A DNA stretch of 64,000 nt from Octopus vulgaris (taxonomy: Eukaryota): positions 38,812,001-38,876,000 of the forward strand of contig OX597827.1 of assembly GCA_951406725.2 (NCBI GenBank). The letters run 5' to 3'. Positions within the stretch are counted from its first letter, which is position 1, and each line of letters opens with the position of its first letter. A program made the position numbers and the translations under genes. The notes under the pieces were generated by a model. It was given only the letters and a program-made list of their open reading frames with translations, did no database searches and was not told the origin of the DNA. Below, piece by piece: positions 49,813-64,000 of the stretch.

Positions 49813-52800
49813 GTATGTATATCAAAAGCTGAGCTTTGTTGCACTGATTGTGACTGAAGATTACATTAAAAGTACATGTGCCCCTGAAGTACTCAGCTGG
49901 TCACAGTGTTACAATGATTCTGTTTACACTTGAAACGACATTGCATATGGTACAAGGAAACAAAATCATAGGAAATGAACATATGTACAATGTATGTGTG
50001 CATGCGAAATGAAAATGAGCTAAGAGAAATAACTCGGAATGGCCTATTGAAGCAAATACATGTGTTCATAAATGTCCTCTTTTCTTTAATGGCATGTCAC
50101 TTCTAGAGTATCTTGATACTTGAGACTATCTCTCCTTCTGATTTGGAGTTGGTCCCAATTGCTAAGAACTGATCGTTCTATTTCTGTAAGTGGAGGTAAT
50201 TTCAAAAATGAAAAAAGCTATCTTCAATAATGTGTGTGTATTTATAAAACCAATCCTAATTATATATCTGGTATTATGTTTAGCTGTAAGCGAGCCTTTG
50301 TCATGACTTGTGTCCAAAAACTGGAGCAAGCCTTGTCTTTATTCAGATACAGTGCATTTAAGAATACATTATACAATAAACTCTTCATAACAAGTAAATG
50401 TGAGCTGAAGGTGATTTAGCTGCCATTTCTAGTTGGTTAAGTCACCTCATATAAGTTCTCTGCTGGTACTCCACCCCAACACCCAAAACGTTATCAAAGT
50501 TTACTATTTTGTTATGAAGTGAAGAAACAAAATATTCTTTTGCACAATTTCTTTTGGTGCCTGTTTTCTCAGAAAATCTCATGTTTATTTCCAACGGCCT
50601 AAGAATGCACGAGTATGGAATTAAAGAGTATTGCTCAAATACATGATGTGTCCCCTAAGCTGTTATGTTGCTTTTGTACATTGTACCCTTGTTTCCATGA
50701 TACACAATACAGCACAGGTGTCACAACAAGCTTCAAGCAGGAGTTTCCACAGATTACAAACACCTAGTCTTCACAGAATAGTTATAATCAAAGATGTTTA
50801 TTAGTCAGTTATACACTGTACAGATGGAGTTGTTTCCACAATAAAGAGCATGCAGTAACTTAGTTTTCTGGACATCATCAAGCAAGACATATGCTGCTCA
50901 TTTTATCTTTCTCCAGTGAAAAGCACAGCCTTGAACATTAGACTTTTCCTTTCCCATACAACAAACCAATTTATTCCACTATTGAAGTGTTTAATACTCA
51001 TTGACTACTAATGCAGATAATCACTAGTTTCCTGTGATCCTGCTGTGTACTTCTGCACACACCTTTCATTGATTCAGTTGTAAAGCCCTTCACTCATTTG
51101 GTTCACTAATCAGAGATGTTTATTTCCACTGTTCAATCTTACCTGGAGAAGTAAAAAAGAAATGGAACTACAGTATGTTTTTCCTGGTATACTACAGTGT
51201 CAATAGTCAGCTTTGTTCAGGAACTAAAATATAAACAGACTGTCAGAGAAGCAAGCAGACTGTGGAATAGCAATACAATAAAGCTCAAACCTATTGCAAC
51301 AAACTGCAATTATTTTGTACTTATAGCATCAAAATTCATTTCACAAACTTAGCCAATCTTGTCCAACTGAGTCCATAAAGTAAACAACTGCTACTCAATT
51401 TGGTTGGCAGCCCACATCACATCAGTATCCATTTTGAAAGCTTAGCCAAGATCTTCCAGTTAGACATGTCACTCACTTAAGTTAGCAATATATCATCACT
51501 AGAGACAACAGATCTTCAGTAATCTAACAAAATCACAGCAACATCAAACCAAACTTGAAGTTGGATAAATGACTGCATGCCTCAAGGATGTTGGCATTCA
51601 TGGGTAAACTAAGCAAAATATTCTAAATGATAATTAATAATAATGACTTTCAAATGAGAAGTGTTTGTAGGTTATAAATCTACACATGATCAATTAAGGA
51701 ACTCACTGAATAGTTTTAAAATTTGTTCAGATCTGATATGGAGCATTAAGCCCTTAAACCAAAAATCAACAGACTGAACAGATCTGCAAAATGACTGCCA
51801 TTGATGCTTGGCTCAACATGTTACACATACTGCTAAAGTCAATTTATCATTTTCAGGAGGAAAAAAAAAAAAGTTACATGCTCCTGACTATCTTTGACTG
51901 TCTCTACATGTCTTGTTCTTCAAAGAAGAAATAACCAGGCCATAAAAGCCAAAACCTGGCAACTACACTTAGACGATCATGCCTCTAATTACTTGCCTTC
52001 TTAATCCTCCAGCATATACAACTACACAATTCATAGCTAAAAGAGAAGGATATATAGATTTGTAGTAATGTGTTTGTTGCAAAGTGTTATACACTGATAA
52101 ACTTTTTATACAAAATTGCAAGAAAAATTTAATAACTTGCATTGTAGTGATCCAGTTAATTTTGTCAAGGTACTGATTTCAGATTTATTTACCCTCTTCT
52201 CATGTGAAAAATATAACTGAAATGGTAGGATAAGTACAGATGTAAGGTGTGTGTTTTCTACCCTACATTGTATAGCACTCCTATTAATTATTTTTCATTA
52301 ATCCATAGCACTGTTAAGCAAATTAGGCAAGGCAATTTACTTCTAAGTTTGTGCATACTATAAATTGGCTGTATGCAACTTTACTCTCAGTGATCAGCAA
52401 TGAATAAAGGATCTCTATTTGTGATCATAGAGGGAGAAAATCCGTAACAACCTTCGGTTCAACCAGAGTGTATACTATTCACTGTAAGGATACATATAGT
52501 GTATGTTTATAAACATATGCTTCTAAGTTTACAATACATTTCTACTTATGTTTTTATTTACACACACCTGCATTCTCATCTTTGATTTATGCCCACACTA
52601 CATTAATACAATTATGTAGTGGAGTCCTGAAATGGACCTGTTTCCACCCATCATTTTCACCCTTCCCAAATGGACTTGGTAAGAAGCATATAATTATCTT
52701 TTACACACATGTAACTTATAATTTGGTGAATGTTTTGCATCATATGAAAGAATACAGAGAAGACAAATTTTAGATTTTCTTCCTACATAACATACAGACT

Positions 52801-55800
52801 GCCCAAGTTTGTATAGAAGAGAGAAAAAAACAAAAAACAAAGAAATTAAATAAAACCATATTTACATTAAAAGATAATTAATTTATTCTCAAATTATGCA
52901 ATGTTCCTCAGTTTTAAGATGTAAAAAAATTCATAACCACTTTTGAATTTGGAGATCCATTTTGGAGTTGCAGCTTTTGTGAAGCAATATGTGACAGGGG
53001 TCCAGTGTACAATACTGTGCTTTATTATTTCATAACTCCAGTTTAATCTTCTTCAATATGTGTACATGTGTTTATATTGGAATGAAGAGATTTAAAGGAT
53101 TTACAAATATGAGATAATAATGGAACAGATGGGAAGGCAACAGTGGAGTAGAAGGCAGCTAGCTAATTATGGGGAAAACAGAAACAGTAAGGTGTAGAAT
53201 TAAAAAATATCAGAAAATAATAGGTTGAGATTTGTGTCTAATAAAGTGAGGTACAATATTAAGACCGAAAATATAATAGGTAAACTAGCATAGTCATTTG
53301 TACCTGGGGTTAACTTTTTTATTTCCAAATTTCTGTTGAAATAACACGTGGTAGTGTTTTGTCTATAAACATGAAATTTTGAAAGGAAGTTTTAATTTAA
53401 ATAATTTTAAACACAAAGTTTATAACATAGAATCAGGGGTAGTCTTGGATAGGTTGGTATCAATAGGGCTCTTTTAAAGATTTTTCAGCTCTGGTGGTAA
53501 GGTACAGATTTATTTTTTAGTTCCCAGACGTATGAAAACAGTGATGCTTGGTTTAGATCTAATGGGATTTCTAAATGTGTGGGTATGAAAGTTGTATCAA
53601 AGCTTGAAATGGTTTGATGTCATTCTAATTTAAGTCTTTGAAGTGTAGTCTGTTCACATAGTAGATTGGTAGCTAAGGTATACATAGATTTTAAACCCAT
53701 TAGCTACCCTGACTACTAATGAATATGTTAGTTCACTATTTATTATGTACCTGCGTTAATCTTTTATCTCCTTTTGTTAGACCAAGTGTTATTACATTAT
53801 TTTCCTAATTTTCTCATATTCTAACCCAACACCTCACTGCTTCTGTCCCCTAATATATAGTTAACGACTACATATATTTTTCTCAATCTTTCCCATAACT
53901 ACCCTTCTATTCATCTCCTTTCTCTTCCCCATACTGTTCCATAGATCATTACATGTAGCTATTATTATAGTTAGTATTGTATGTATGCATGTGTGTGTAC
54001 ACATACACAAGATAATACAGGGGAACAATACCAACATGGGTAAATAAATTATAATTTGAACAATTACACAAGAATTAAAATTGAAAATGACAAAACTGAA
54101 GAACAGCTTCTCACCACACACACACATGCACCAGTTTCTTGAGCTTCAAGGAGACATAGGGGCAACATTTAACCCTAGATCATGTTAGGTAGAAAAGACA
54201 TATTTTCCTGAACATTGATGTGGCATTTATAGCGTCACTATTTAATTTACACTACAATTAATTTTTTTTACTATTTAGGTGGGATAAATAAATCCTCAAA
54301 CAAGAGCTGTGGTCAGAATGCTTGTAACAAAGCAAGCTATGCTAAAGTCACCCAAGAAGGTCACAGCTGGATTTGAACCAAGAATGCAAAATGCTCAAAC
54401 AAATATCACAAAGGATCCTGTCTGATGCTCTAACAATTCTGCCAGTCTACCACCATAAGCTGGTACTTTATTCATTGAACCCCATCACTCACAAGGACGT
54501 TCAATGCTTTAATAAGGTTTTAGCTCAGAATGCAAAACATCAAAATAAATACCGAAAGGATGTTCAATGCTTTAATAAGTCTGCCAATTTGCTTACCTTA
54601 CAAAAATCACTGATGCTCTTAGCCTGATCAAATACAGCAGCATAAATTAGGTATAGATTATTAAATGCAAGGGATCAACATAAAAACTATAAGCTTGGGA
54701 CTACATCATATTCACATACTCATGTGATATATATATCAAATGAAGTCCATACAATCTAATAATTCTAACTTAAACTCACATTATTTACAAACACACATAT
54801 GTTCTTTCACTTATAAAATGAAACTTAAAAGCCAGTAAACCAAATCAAGAAATAAGAGAACAGAATTGGTCCCAGTTATGAAAATTGATTAATTTTAATT
54901 TGTTCCTATATGCAAGGTTTTATTTTGAAGCTGTGTTCCAAAGTGATGAGAGAGAGCCTCTACATGGTTGACTTTCTGGAAACAGAAGCCAAATCTCCCT
55001 CTAATCACTCCAAGGATAGTTGTAGCTGAAAGATGCTAAACAAGTGTGTTGTTCACGACCAGATGAAAGCACAGGCCAATCTCTTTGAGAAAGCCTTTTC
55101 TACAAATGGTTGACTTTATTTTTGTGGATCATCTTTGTTACATTACAACTTTCCTTGTATAAACAAGGTTACTGAGGGATGGTCTTTGGAGTGTTAATTC
55201 TATCTACATTTCTCTAACAGAATGCTCTTCCTTGCAGATGTTTCCTCACTGGGTGTGCAAGATAAATGACATTTCTTGCCCACCTAGACATTTTATGTAT
55301 AAAACCAAATGAGTATCAGACATGTGGTCAGATAGTCCAGTCATGAAAACAACAGAAAAAATTACACTGAATCATCATGACAATAAATTTATATAAAAAC
55401 ATTAAAACAAACCAAAGAAATCAATGAAAGCTCATACATAACATAATATTTGTTGAACAATGGTAGTGGAGTTAAGAAAGACACTAGTTATAAAATGCAC
55501 TTGATTTGATCCACAAAACGTTAGTATTTTCATAACCAACTCATAGAGTTTGAGGTCAAAATCCAGTCCAGTTTGACTCCATTCACTAAATTGTAGGAAG
55601 AGGGGGGGAGACACCAAATCTAAGGATTATCAGCTGCAATAATATCCATAAGAGCACTGGCTCTTATGACAGCCAGTGCTGCATGGCATACATTTACAAC
55701 CTATATTAAACCAAAACTAGTTTATTTTATACTAAACACCATCCATCAAGGAATGTTGACTGGGTTTAGTTGATCAAAGGATGGTTGTAAGCTCAAATTC

Positions 55801-56979
55801 TGCTAATGTTATTTGGTGGTATTTGTAGGTTAAGTTCTGGCCTCACAAAAATGGAAGCCACTCTCATTTTATGCTTAAAGATAATAGGATGTATTACTTG
55901 TGATAGTCTGGCAACCCATCCAAGGCCAGAAATGTACCTCTATTTAGTGCTGTAAAACTCAACCTTAAAAACTAGTCTGCATGAGGATTTTGTGAAATTT
56001 GGACACATTTTATCTCATGTCCTCATACAAAGTTGTTAAACCCTGGGTTAGTACTGATCTAGCAGACCCATGGTTAAAAAAATTGCAATTATGACCAAAG
56101 CCTTTTTTTTTTTTTAAATTCAGATAGTGTACCTAGGCCCTTTCATTTTAAAAAGCAGTAAAGTGTTATTTGAGAAAGATGTAGCTATATCTAGCTGGTT
56201 GGAAAACCACAATGAGAATAAGGATCAACTCGGATAAACTTGTATTGTAATCATGGAGAGACCTGTATGTCATTCACCTAATTGTGCAGAAACTGAAGTC
56301 TAATGAAAGAGTCAAATTTTAAGCACCTTGTTTGAATTTTGAGGCATAGTGTGATATGAGAGTTTAAAGGAATGACTAACATATGTTATAATGCATTATT
56401 CAAGTGAAAGAAAAATAATATATCTATAACATATTTTGAGTCTATTTTATAAAAAAAAGTCTACCTGTAATTAATAAATTTTGAGGATCAAATCTTGTCA
56501 TGAGCTTAGAGAATCTGGTTAAATCTGGCAATATTTTTGTCGTCCTGTAATATTCTATAAAATACAGATTATTCCCCATCACAATGCTCCTACCAAAAAA
56601 AAAAAGTCACTATTTCTGAGTAACTCATACAGGCCAATGAGAAGGAAGCTTCATAGAGGTCTAACTATGAAGAAACAACAGCCAAGAACTCCTTCAAGCT
56701 GTACACACTGCAATCTTAGAAAAAGACATTGTCCTGGTTTTCCAGCACATAGTAAAATGACAGATGGTTGCAGCTGGAATGGCTTTGATCATTGCTGACC
56801 TGGGACTTGATAACATCAACAACAAATCTTGGTTTAATATTTTATGTATAATATCTAACACCATCAAAGTCAATAAGATGCCAGAAAACCTGAAGAGATC
56901 AAAAGTTCATATCATACCACGCCCATTGCATAGACCAATTCACTCAGCAGTAAATAGGTACTGTATCGTTAAGAATGGT

Positions 56980-57260
56980 TCATCATCATTGTTTAACATT
57001 TGTTTTCCATGCTGGCAGGGGTTGGATGGTTTGACTGGGGTCTGAGAAGCCAGGAGGCTGCACCAGGCTCCAGTCTGATCTGGCAGTGTTTCTACAGCTG
57101 GATGCCCTTCCTAATGCCAACCACTCCGAAAGTGTAGTGGGTGCTTTTCATGTGCCACCGGCACAGGGGCCAGAGGATGCTGGCAATGACCACAATTGGT
57201 TGGTGCTTTTTATGTGCTACTGGAACGGAAGCCAGTCAAGGCGGCACTGGCATTGGCTAC
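56980..57260 (-). repeat. RTE-like tail repeat, well preserved
   Basis: catcatcattgtttaac...ttccatgctggc...tttctacagctggatgcccttcctaatgccaaccact. Confidence 0.7.
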
Positions 57261-60200
57261 GGGGATCATAACTACAATTTCATATACATCTCAACATTAT
57301 GAGACAAAATGTTCAGTGGAATTTCTAAAATAACCTGTACTACCCGCTTCTAATTTAACCCTTTAACATTCAAACAGACCAAATCTGGCCTCACACTTAC
57401 CCTACAATGTCATTCTAAAAAAACAATCATATTAAAATCTCATAGTTACAAGATTTGCTCTTGTGTTCCGGTGTATTGTCTTTCTACATTGAGTTCAAAT
57501 TTTACTAGAATCAACTTTCACCTTCAGCCCACTAATTCTATTAATTATTCACTTTTACAAACATGTGGTTTTGTACCAGCAGAAGAAATCTTTTGTTATT
57601 AAAGAATTATTGGAATGCAGAACTAAATACATTCTAGTGTTTATAGCTATATCCCTTTAAGAGTAGAATTTAAATCTTGCCAGTATCAATTTTGTCTTTC
57701 ATCTCCTTGGGGTCAATATAATAAGGTACCAGTCAAGTACTGGGATTAATGGTATTGACTAATGCCACTCCTTCAACATTGCTGGCCTGGTGCTTAAATC
57801 AGATACCATTATTATCATTTGATATTTATTTCACTAAAGTGCTTTAGACAGAAACATGCTGCAATTTGTCTACAATAAATAAGCTCTTGGAATTTAATTA
57901 CATGCAGGGTCCAACAGGAGAACCTGGTGACTTTTAAATGAATACAATGTTGGCATGCCTTCTTTTTTTTTGTGCACAAATAGTCTAACATAGAAGTTCT
58001 ACATTGCATGTTGCACCATGTCTTGAGATATTGTTGTTATTTCCTGGCAAATAATAGCTCAGTTTGTGTAGCCTATAGTTTATTAATAAACATTTTCCTT
58101 TTGCAGTAGTCTCAAAGAAAACAATCACACGCCAAAATGTCAAGTGACCAGTAATCATTTCTTTAATAACATCCATAGATGCTTTTACTGTATGGGTGGT
58201 CACTTTGTTTCATTAAAAATAGGGGTCATGTACTAATGCAATGTCTGTTCAATTCTGGGACTGGGAAGTTGCACAACATCGATATATAGCAATTAGAATA
58301 CATTGTTACTCTATGTCTTCTCTCTTCAAAGAAATATAGGCCTAGTACATTACAAAATTTGCTACACAGTTTCACACAGTTATGCATGCACAGTGAAGAG
58401 GATGGTAATGAAGCATCATGTGACTTGCTGTTTGACCAATAGTAGAAGTTTTTACTTATGTGACTGGTGAGATGGAAATGTACTCTTGAGAAGAACCATG
58501 TAATCTGTCTACAACAACAACAACAACAACAGATTTTCTGGTTTCTCTATTGTACAATCATAATCTTACAAGGATGAAAATTTAAATTCAAGTCTGGATA
58601 CTAGTGCAATGTCATATTTCCATGTAAAATGACTAGGACTATTCACTACACTCCATTCAGTGACTCAAATATTCTTCAGTGTTTAGACAGTTTGAACATG
58701 TCAATGCTGAACAAGACAATCTGAAGTTTTCCACTCACAGCAATATTGTATTCCAGCTTAGTGCTCTTCCAGGATAGCTCATGTTAATATGCAAATGCAA
58801 AATTATATTGTATTTTACTAACCAAGAGACCACTTAAAAAAATAACAAAAAAACATCTTGATCACAAGATGTCACCATGTATGCTACTCAGTACAACCGA
58901 GTGTACAATTCCTCCATTCCTGTCTGTTTAAAAACTATCAGTTTTTCCTTAAGACCTCCAGCAAAGTTCAGAATTTTATTTCTTTTCTACTGTTTTTCTA
59001 TCTTTACTCCTGGCATTAGAATACCCCATATACAATAAGATTTACAGTATATATGGTTTAAATTAAAGAGGGTAACATGGTAGGTATCTGATCAACAGAC
59101 AAAAACCAACAAAGGGTATATAATACTTCATTTTATATTTTTTGACTAGTCTTATTGTATCAACTCCACCAGAGTATTACAAAGGGAAGAAAGGTCAAAT
59201 TAACCACGGTGGATTTGAACTCTGAACAATGGAACTAAATAGTGTCATGGATTTAGTCCAATACTGGACTGCATAACAATAGCAATTTGTTTTGACTAGA
59301 AACAAGCCACTTGTTTTACATTTCTGTAGATTACTGGTGCACAATTTATCAATGAAGCCCCAGGGGATGAAGAGCAACATTGTATTGCAGTGGTAATTGA
59401 ACAAGGAATGTTGAAATTTGAAACTAAATACTGCAAAATACTTCAGCAGATATGCTACAGAACCTGACAACTATCCACCAAGTGATAAGTGTTTCTAATA
59501 CAGGTGCAAGGCAGAAACAAACTATTATATCAACCCGAGTACTTGACTGGCACAAGGGTTGATGAAAAGCAAAGTTGATCTGGAGGGATTTGAAGCCAGA
59601 AAATAAGAAGTCAAATCAAAAACTGCAAGGCTACATTTCTTCAACTGTCTTTGGGAATGATTTATTCAAAGGATTGCCTTGACTGGGTGAAGTATCACTT
59701 GCTCACAAAAGTCTAAGCAACTGTTTGTCCACAGAAGACACCTGAAGAAACAATCAGCAAAAACACAGTAAACAGAGGGTTCTTCAATATGTGATGAGAA
59801 TGCCTTATAAGGAAGATGCTGTGCACCAGTTACTGAACTCCAAGACAGATCAGGAACTACATCTCATTCACAAATTCTGTATTTGGCAAGGTGTGCACAA
59901 ACGATGTGTATAACTCCCAAGATTCATTGGAGTGGGGTTGAACCTGAGTTCATGGCAATGTTACATTCACTATTTGCTTTTTAACATTTGATAGACAATT
60001 ATATAAACATAACACATAATTACAAACCATATAAAGGAATTAGAAACTATTTAAAGTTTCAATGCTGAACAGCTACAGAAGGGAATTGAATTAACAAACC
60101 ATTTGTCAATTTTATAGTACAGCTGTGTTTATAGCCCTAATTTGGTTCTACCTATTTAGTTAAGTTGATCAAGCTATTTATCAGTGAAATGTGTTGGCTA

Positions 60201-61469
60201 CTGAAGTAACACAATGCTGGTGACAAGATATGAACCACCAACCTCTTGGTTGTCAGGTTCCAGTCGCATTCAATACGTATAAATAATTTTTGGTGGGTAG
60301 GAATCAATCCTGAGTAAAAACTTTCTTCCAATCACATCATGTCACTCACATTCAACATTACACTCAGCTACACATACAATATGCTCTGTTAAGCAAATCT
60401 GAAACGCACAACTGAAAATATACTTGAATACTATGAGTAAGATGGTAAGTTTCCAGTAACAGTGGCACAGGTTTTATTCCTTGTTGTCTATTTCACTGAC
60501 TTTGGTAAAATTGTGGTGGTGGTGGAATTCCACCATCCTGTGAAGGCAACAGAGCCAAATGGGTGTTGACAGATGGTTGTATGATGACAAAAGGTTGACA
60601 TCAGTGCAAGGGACAAAATATCTATTATCGGGTAACATAAGAATCCCAGTACTAATTCTAGTCTAGTCTAGTGAAAATGAAAAAGGAAACCAAACCACAA
60701 ATCCCTAATTTGAAAATTGAAAGTTGATACCCTATTCAATTAAAAACTCTGAAATACTAAGCATTTAAAATTACAAACAACTTAATAAATTGACTTATAA
60801 TTTTAATTAAAACAGGCATGGTTGAAGTTGGTAAATAAGTTTTCCTGTCATTAACCTCGGGGCCAACACTCAAATCAGATTTCTGTGGCAGTAAATGAAC
60901 AAAACATCCCCCTCCCCGAAAACAGGATGCTAGTCTATCATCACTGAACTTTTGGGGAAATTTTTGGTATCTATTCACACAAAAATAATAAGCATGTGAA
61001 GTACCTTGCATAAAAATACATATCTAATTACTTAAATATAAGAAACGTGATTTCAACCTTGTTGGGTTTCATTCTGCTTCAGTTGTCATATTCCCTATGA
61101 TCTCAGTAAGAAGAGATACACTCTATAGTGCATTAAATATACGACAGATGCCACCTATACATCTGTCCACTTTGAAGACATTTTTGACAGTGTCCTGTGA
61201 GCCTATGTTACACAAAAGCACAGTGAGTAAGGTCCCCAATCTTGCTCTCTATGGAAAGAAAATACAAATGTTTATGGAGTATGATTTAAAAAGACAACAT
61301 GGCTCTGATATCAATATCAGCACACAGCCACATGGTTAAAATGTTGACCACAAAATCATATGGCTCTGTGTCTGATTCCATTACACTGCATCTTGGTCAA
61401 ATACTTTATGCTGGTTGATCACCAATTCAAAAGTAATGGAAAAGTTGGGACAGAATCTGTGCAAAAACC

Positions 61470-61880
61470 TGTAGCTCTATGGTTAAGAAACTTGCTTCCC
61501 AACCATGTAGTCCCAGCTTTGGTTTGATGGCATGGCATCTTAAGCAAGTGTCTTCTGCTACAGCCCTGGGCCGACCAAAGCTTTGTGAGTGGATTTGATA
61601 GAGGAAAACTGAAAGAAGTCCAATGTGTGTGTGTGTGTTTGTGTATACCTTTGTCTGGATATCATGCCATGATTGTAAACAAGCATCACTATCATACAGG
61701 CGATGTTGTTTGTTTCCAGTTATCCATGAAAAACATGTTTGGCCATGAGGAAATATTACCTTGCTGGGAAACTGCTATGGGTTGGCAATTGGAATGGCAC
61801 CCAACTATAGAGATACTACCTCAACGAATTCCATCTGACCTATGCAAAAAGTTGAGGTCAAATGTTGATTATGATGATAT
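61470..61880 (+). mobile_element. Near full-length SINE (tRNA head, (GT)n linker, RTE-like tail)
   Basis: gctctatggttaagaaacttgcttcccaaccatg...gggccgaccaaagctttgtgagtggatttg...attaccttgctggg...gatgat. Confidence 0.7.
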
Positions 61881-64000
61881 AAATGCAGATCAACTGGTGC
61901 TGAGATAATGGCACCACTTCATGTCCCATGCATTTCTTAACTCAAGAAAATAAGTGCCAGACCTGAGGTAAATACTGACCACTTTGAATGAATAAGAGTC
62001 TTGAACACAGACAGCTGCAGAGAAGATGTATCAGATTGTTCAAGTAATATTCATGTCACAGATGTGGCAACATATTTCCAAAAGTTACCACAAACATAGG
62101 TTTTGTTTGTTTTGCATGTGTGTGCATTATATTGTTGACTGAGAAAATGTAGTTGTTCAGGAGAAAGGACTTGAGAGGAAATTGACTTTTTGGCAACAAG
62201 AAGAATGCTCCACAAACACAGGCAGATACAGAGTAACCACTGCAAAATCTATTTGGTTTTCCTACTTTCTTTGCTGAATTTGATCATGTGACTGGGGCAC
62301 CACCTTAACAGAAGTAAACCATACAAAGAGAATTTTATTAAGGTTTGCATGTGTGAGTGCCATGCATAGGTCAATGGAAGACTAGCTCTACTTAACTACC
62401 ACAATTCCACATCAAATTAGATGAATTAAGTCTTATTATTTCCAGAAAATTTACATGTAGTTTCATAGACAAAAAGGGATTTTGATATAAAGACAAGTGA
62501 TAAACTTTGGCTACATGACTGACATTAAGTAGATGAGATACCCACAGCACCATGGCATAGTTATATGTACTGATATGTAAAGTATAACCCCCAAAACACA
62601 ACAAAATGCACATAATGAACTTGAACTGAAGATCTATGTGCTGATACTCCAATACTTCATCCACTCAATTGTTTTACTGCTACACAATAAATTTTAATCC
62701 TGCAAATTTAGTATAAAAAAAAAGAAGAAAATTCTGTACTAACTGACAACACTTAGTTTCCTATGCAGTCCACTCCACTCCAAATGCTGATTTGGAAGAA
62801 ATACGCAAAAAGTTGTTTATAATGAATGGCTTTAAGATAGTATTACAATGCTGGTATTGCTAACGGGTTGTCAACAAGAGTTACACGTGGGAGTATTACA
62901 GAATAGCTAAGATCTAGCCTAATGATAAAAGATGTGTTGTCTGGTTTGGCTTGTAGGTTCAACTGATAAGTCTACTCTGATTACTCTTTAAATATCCCAC
63001 AGTAACCCCTCTACCAATTTACAGAATTATTTATAAAATATTTTACATCTGTTTTCCATGTGCTAATATGGATTGTATTTTTCTGTAAATACAAAAGCTT
63101 GCAAGAATGATTGAAGTTAGTACTCAAATCTGAATTTTCTCCCTAACACTTTTCAAAAAAAAAAAAAAAAAAAAAGCACTGGTACCTATACTTTTGCTTG
63201 GTAGGGCTAAAGTACTTATCTCAGCTTACTAATAGCTGGAGAATGAGTAGCTATACTCCCAACTATTCTTTAAGTCAACCACTTCCTATATGTTACGAAT
63301 GGAAGTTGCCGTCTTGTCTATTCAACTATCATACAATAACTTGGTATTGTTGACTAATGGAATAATAGTTATATATAAGAATATCTATGACTGTTTAACT
63401 GTACCTTTGAACACAATTTCAAATTTGAATCTTAGTTCATAACTTGAGATAAGCAAAAGGAAGAAGACTTGTCCAGTACCTTGAGCAGTAAACAAAATTT
63501 AACTGGAGATTTCTAAATTTTAACAAGTGTTTGATGTTTAACCAAGTTTATCAGTGAAGACATTAATAATTAATTCAAATAACTGCCCAATTCTTGCTTT
63601 TACAGATATTATCAGCACAACTGTGATAAGATGGAAACTAAATATACCTTCCAGTTCTTATAGAATCGATGGTAGTAGTGGGGACCACATGAAATCTTTT
63701 AAGACTGTCTCAGAAAAAGCATCAACAATATCTCAATCTGCTGCCTAAAGCAAATGAGAAAGAGGCAGATTAATAACAAGTTTGTGGTCAGGTGTTTTAT
63801 CCATATCCATCACCTATGGTAGAATCAACTGCAAAGGAATTTAGCAATGTGGCAAAGGTTCTAGATCAATCTATAGCCAATGTACATAACTTATTTATGA
63901 ATAATCTCTCAAAGTTAATTTATATGTTTAGAGGAAGAAAAACCCAATTTTTGTTTGCAAGTAAGGAACAACTCTGGTGGGTGGATATGTTTCAGTCTAT

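Noticed and set aside
55432-55617. Minus-strand ORF containing 'KLYEL', considered as the missing LDB N-terminal exon
   Set aside because: It lacks NKRLQ and a compatible phase-0 donor.

Overview
AT-rich, microsatellite- and SINE-rich eukaryotic DNA. The repeat families point to an octopus (coleoid cephalopod), which is an inference. The main gene is a minus-strand LIM domain-binding protein gene (LDB; co-orthologue of LDB1/LDB2 and Drosophila Chip). Seven GT-AG coding exons (41325-41427, 38484-38656, 36945-37067, 35114-35194, 28169-28292, 15990-16150, 14330-14557) splice in frame into 330 codons plus stop. They cover most of the dimerization domain, the LCCD, the NLS and the C-terminal LIM-interaction domain (LID). 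I could not find the N-terminal coding exon(s), which probably lie beyond 64000. The rest of the window is intron or intergenic DNA containing a decayed Tc1/mariner element with DD36E spacing, hAT-, piggyBac-, Tc1- and Merlin-like MITEs (several nested), and many tRNA-derived SINEs. The most interesting signals are: several frame-preserving candidate alternative exons and splice sites between the LCCD and NLS; candidate routes to a LID-less isoform; a candidate alternative first exon next to an RFX X-box; and the DD36E transposon. Most ORFs in the supplied track are spurious. I see no clear evidence of a wholly new multi-gene system, and all splice variants are sequence-only predictions.
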